A stretch of DNA of 64,000 nucleotides from contig NC_083284.1 in NCBI RefSeq assembly GCF_963506605.1, positions 20,708,001 through 20,772,000 of the forward strand, written 5' to 3'. Origin of the DNA: Zootoca vivipara (taxonomy: Eukaryota). A program made the position numbers and the translations under genes. This document shows, piece by piece, positions 63,670 to 64,000 of this stretch. The notes beneath the pieces are model-generated. The model was not told the DNA's origin and did no database searches. It saw only the letters and a program-made list of their open reading frames with translations. Positions within the stretch are counted from its first letter, which is position 1; every line of letters starts with the position of its first letter.

Positions 63670-63962
63670 CAGGGGTCCCCAAGCTGTGCTCCATGGACCA
63701 TCAGTGAGCTTAATTCAGGTGGTCCGTGGCATGTCTGTGGATTTGTGGTTGAAGATGGGAGACAGCACATCAATTGCATTGAACAGTCATGTTGATTTTT
63801 TAATTGCTTTTTAATTGCTTCTCACTTTTATGTTGTATTGTGTTGCATTACAATCTGAATCTCATGAAACTGCAATTTCTGCAACAAGCAGAAAGAAAGC
63901 ATTAAGTTGTCCATCATTATTTTCCATTAGCCCATGGCAGGGGGGAAGTTTGGGAACCACTC
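63670..63962. mobile_element. Older hAT MITE
   Basis: CAGGGGTCCCCAAGCT / AGTTTGGGAACCACT; TSD AACTAGAT / AACTGGAC. Confidence 0.7.
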
Positions 63963-64000
63963 AACTGGACCATAAGAAATGGTTCAACTCAACACCATAT

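Noticed and set aside
17000-64000. Exons of DAPP1 or the first exon of C4orf54
   Set aside because: No SH2/PH-like translation is recognisable in the ORF track, and no donor site could be assigned confidently.

Overview
Vertebrate genomic DNA, almost certainly a squamate lizard (probably lacertid; inferred from Sauria SINE, BovB, CR1, L2, hAT and mariner MITE content). Two assembly gaps (7597-7730, 59912-60058). One protein-coding gene is supported: a minus-strand C4orf54 orthologue (DUF4585 family), whose entire ~1655-aa CDS lies in one ~5.5-kb exon. It is followed by an intron 39 nt after the stop codon and a probable multi-kb 3'UTR exon running toward the window start. The remaining ~47 kb is repeat-rich and shows no further exons I can recognise. 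Most notable: (1) short fold-back Penelope-type insertions that carry a minimal, dimer-type hammerhead ribozyme; all their inversion junctions fall inside the ribozyme, one exactly at the predicted cleavage site. (2) A 98-codon in-frame upstream ORF that resembles the human C4orf54 N-terminus and is separated from the main ORF by a single UGA-C. (3) Many TSD-flanked and nested MITEs, including a near-perfect hairpin MITE in the putative 3'UTR. Family assignments come from recognition, not database searches.
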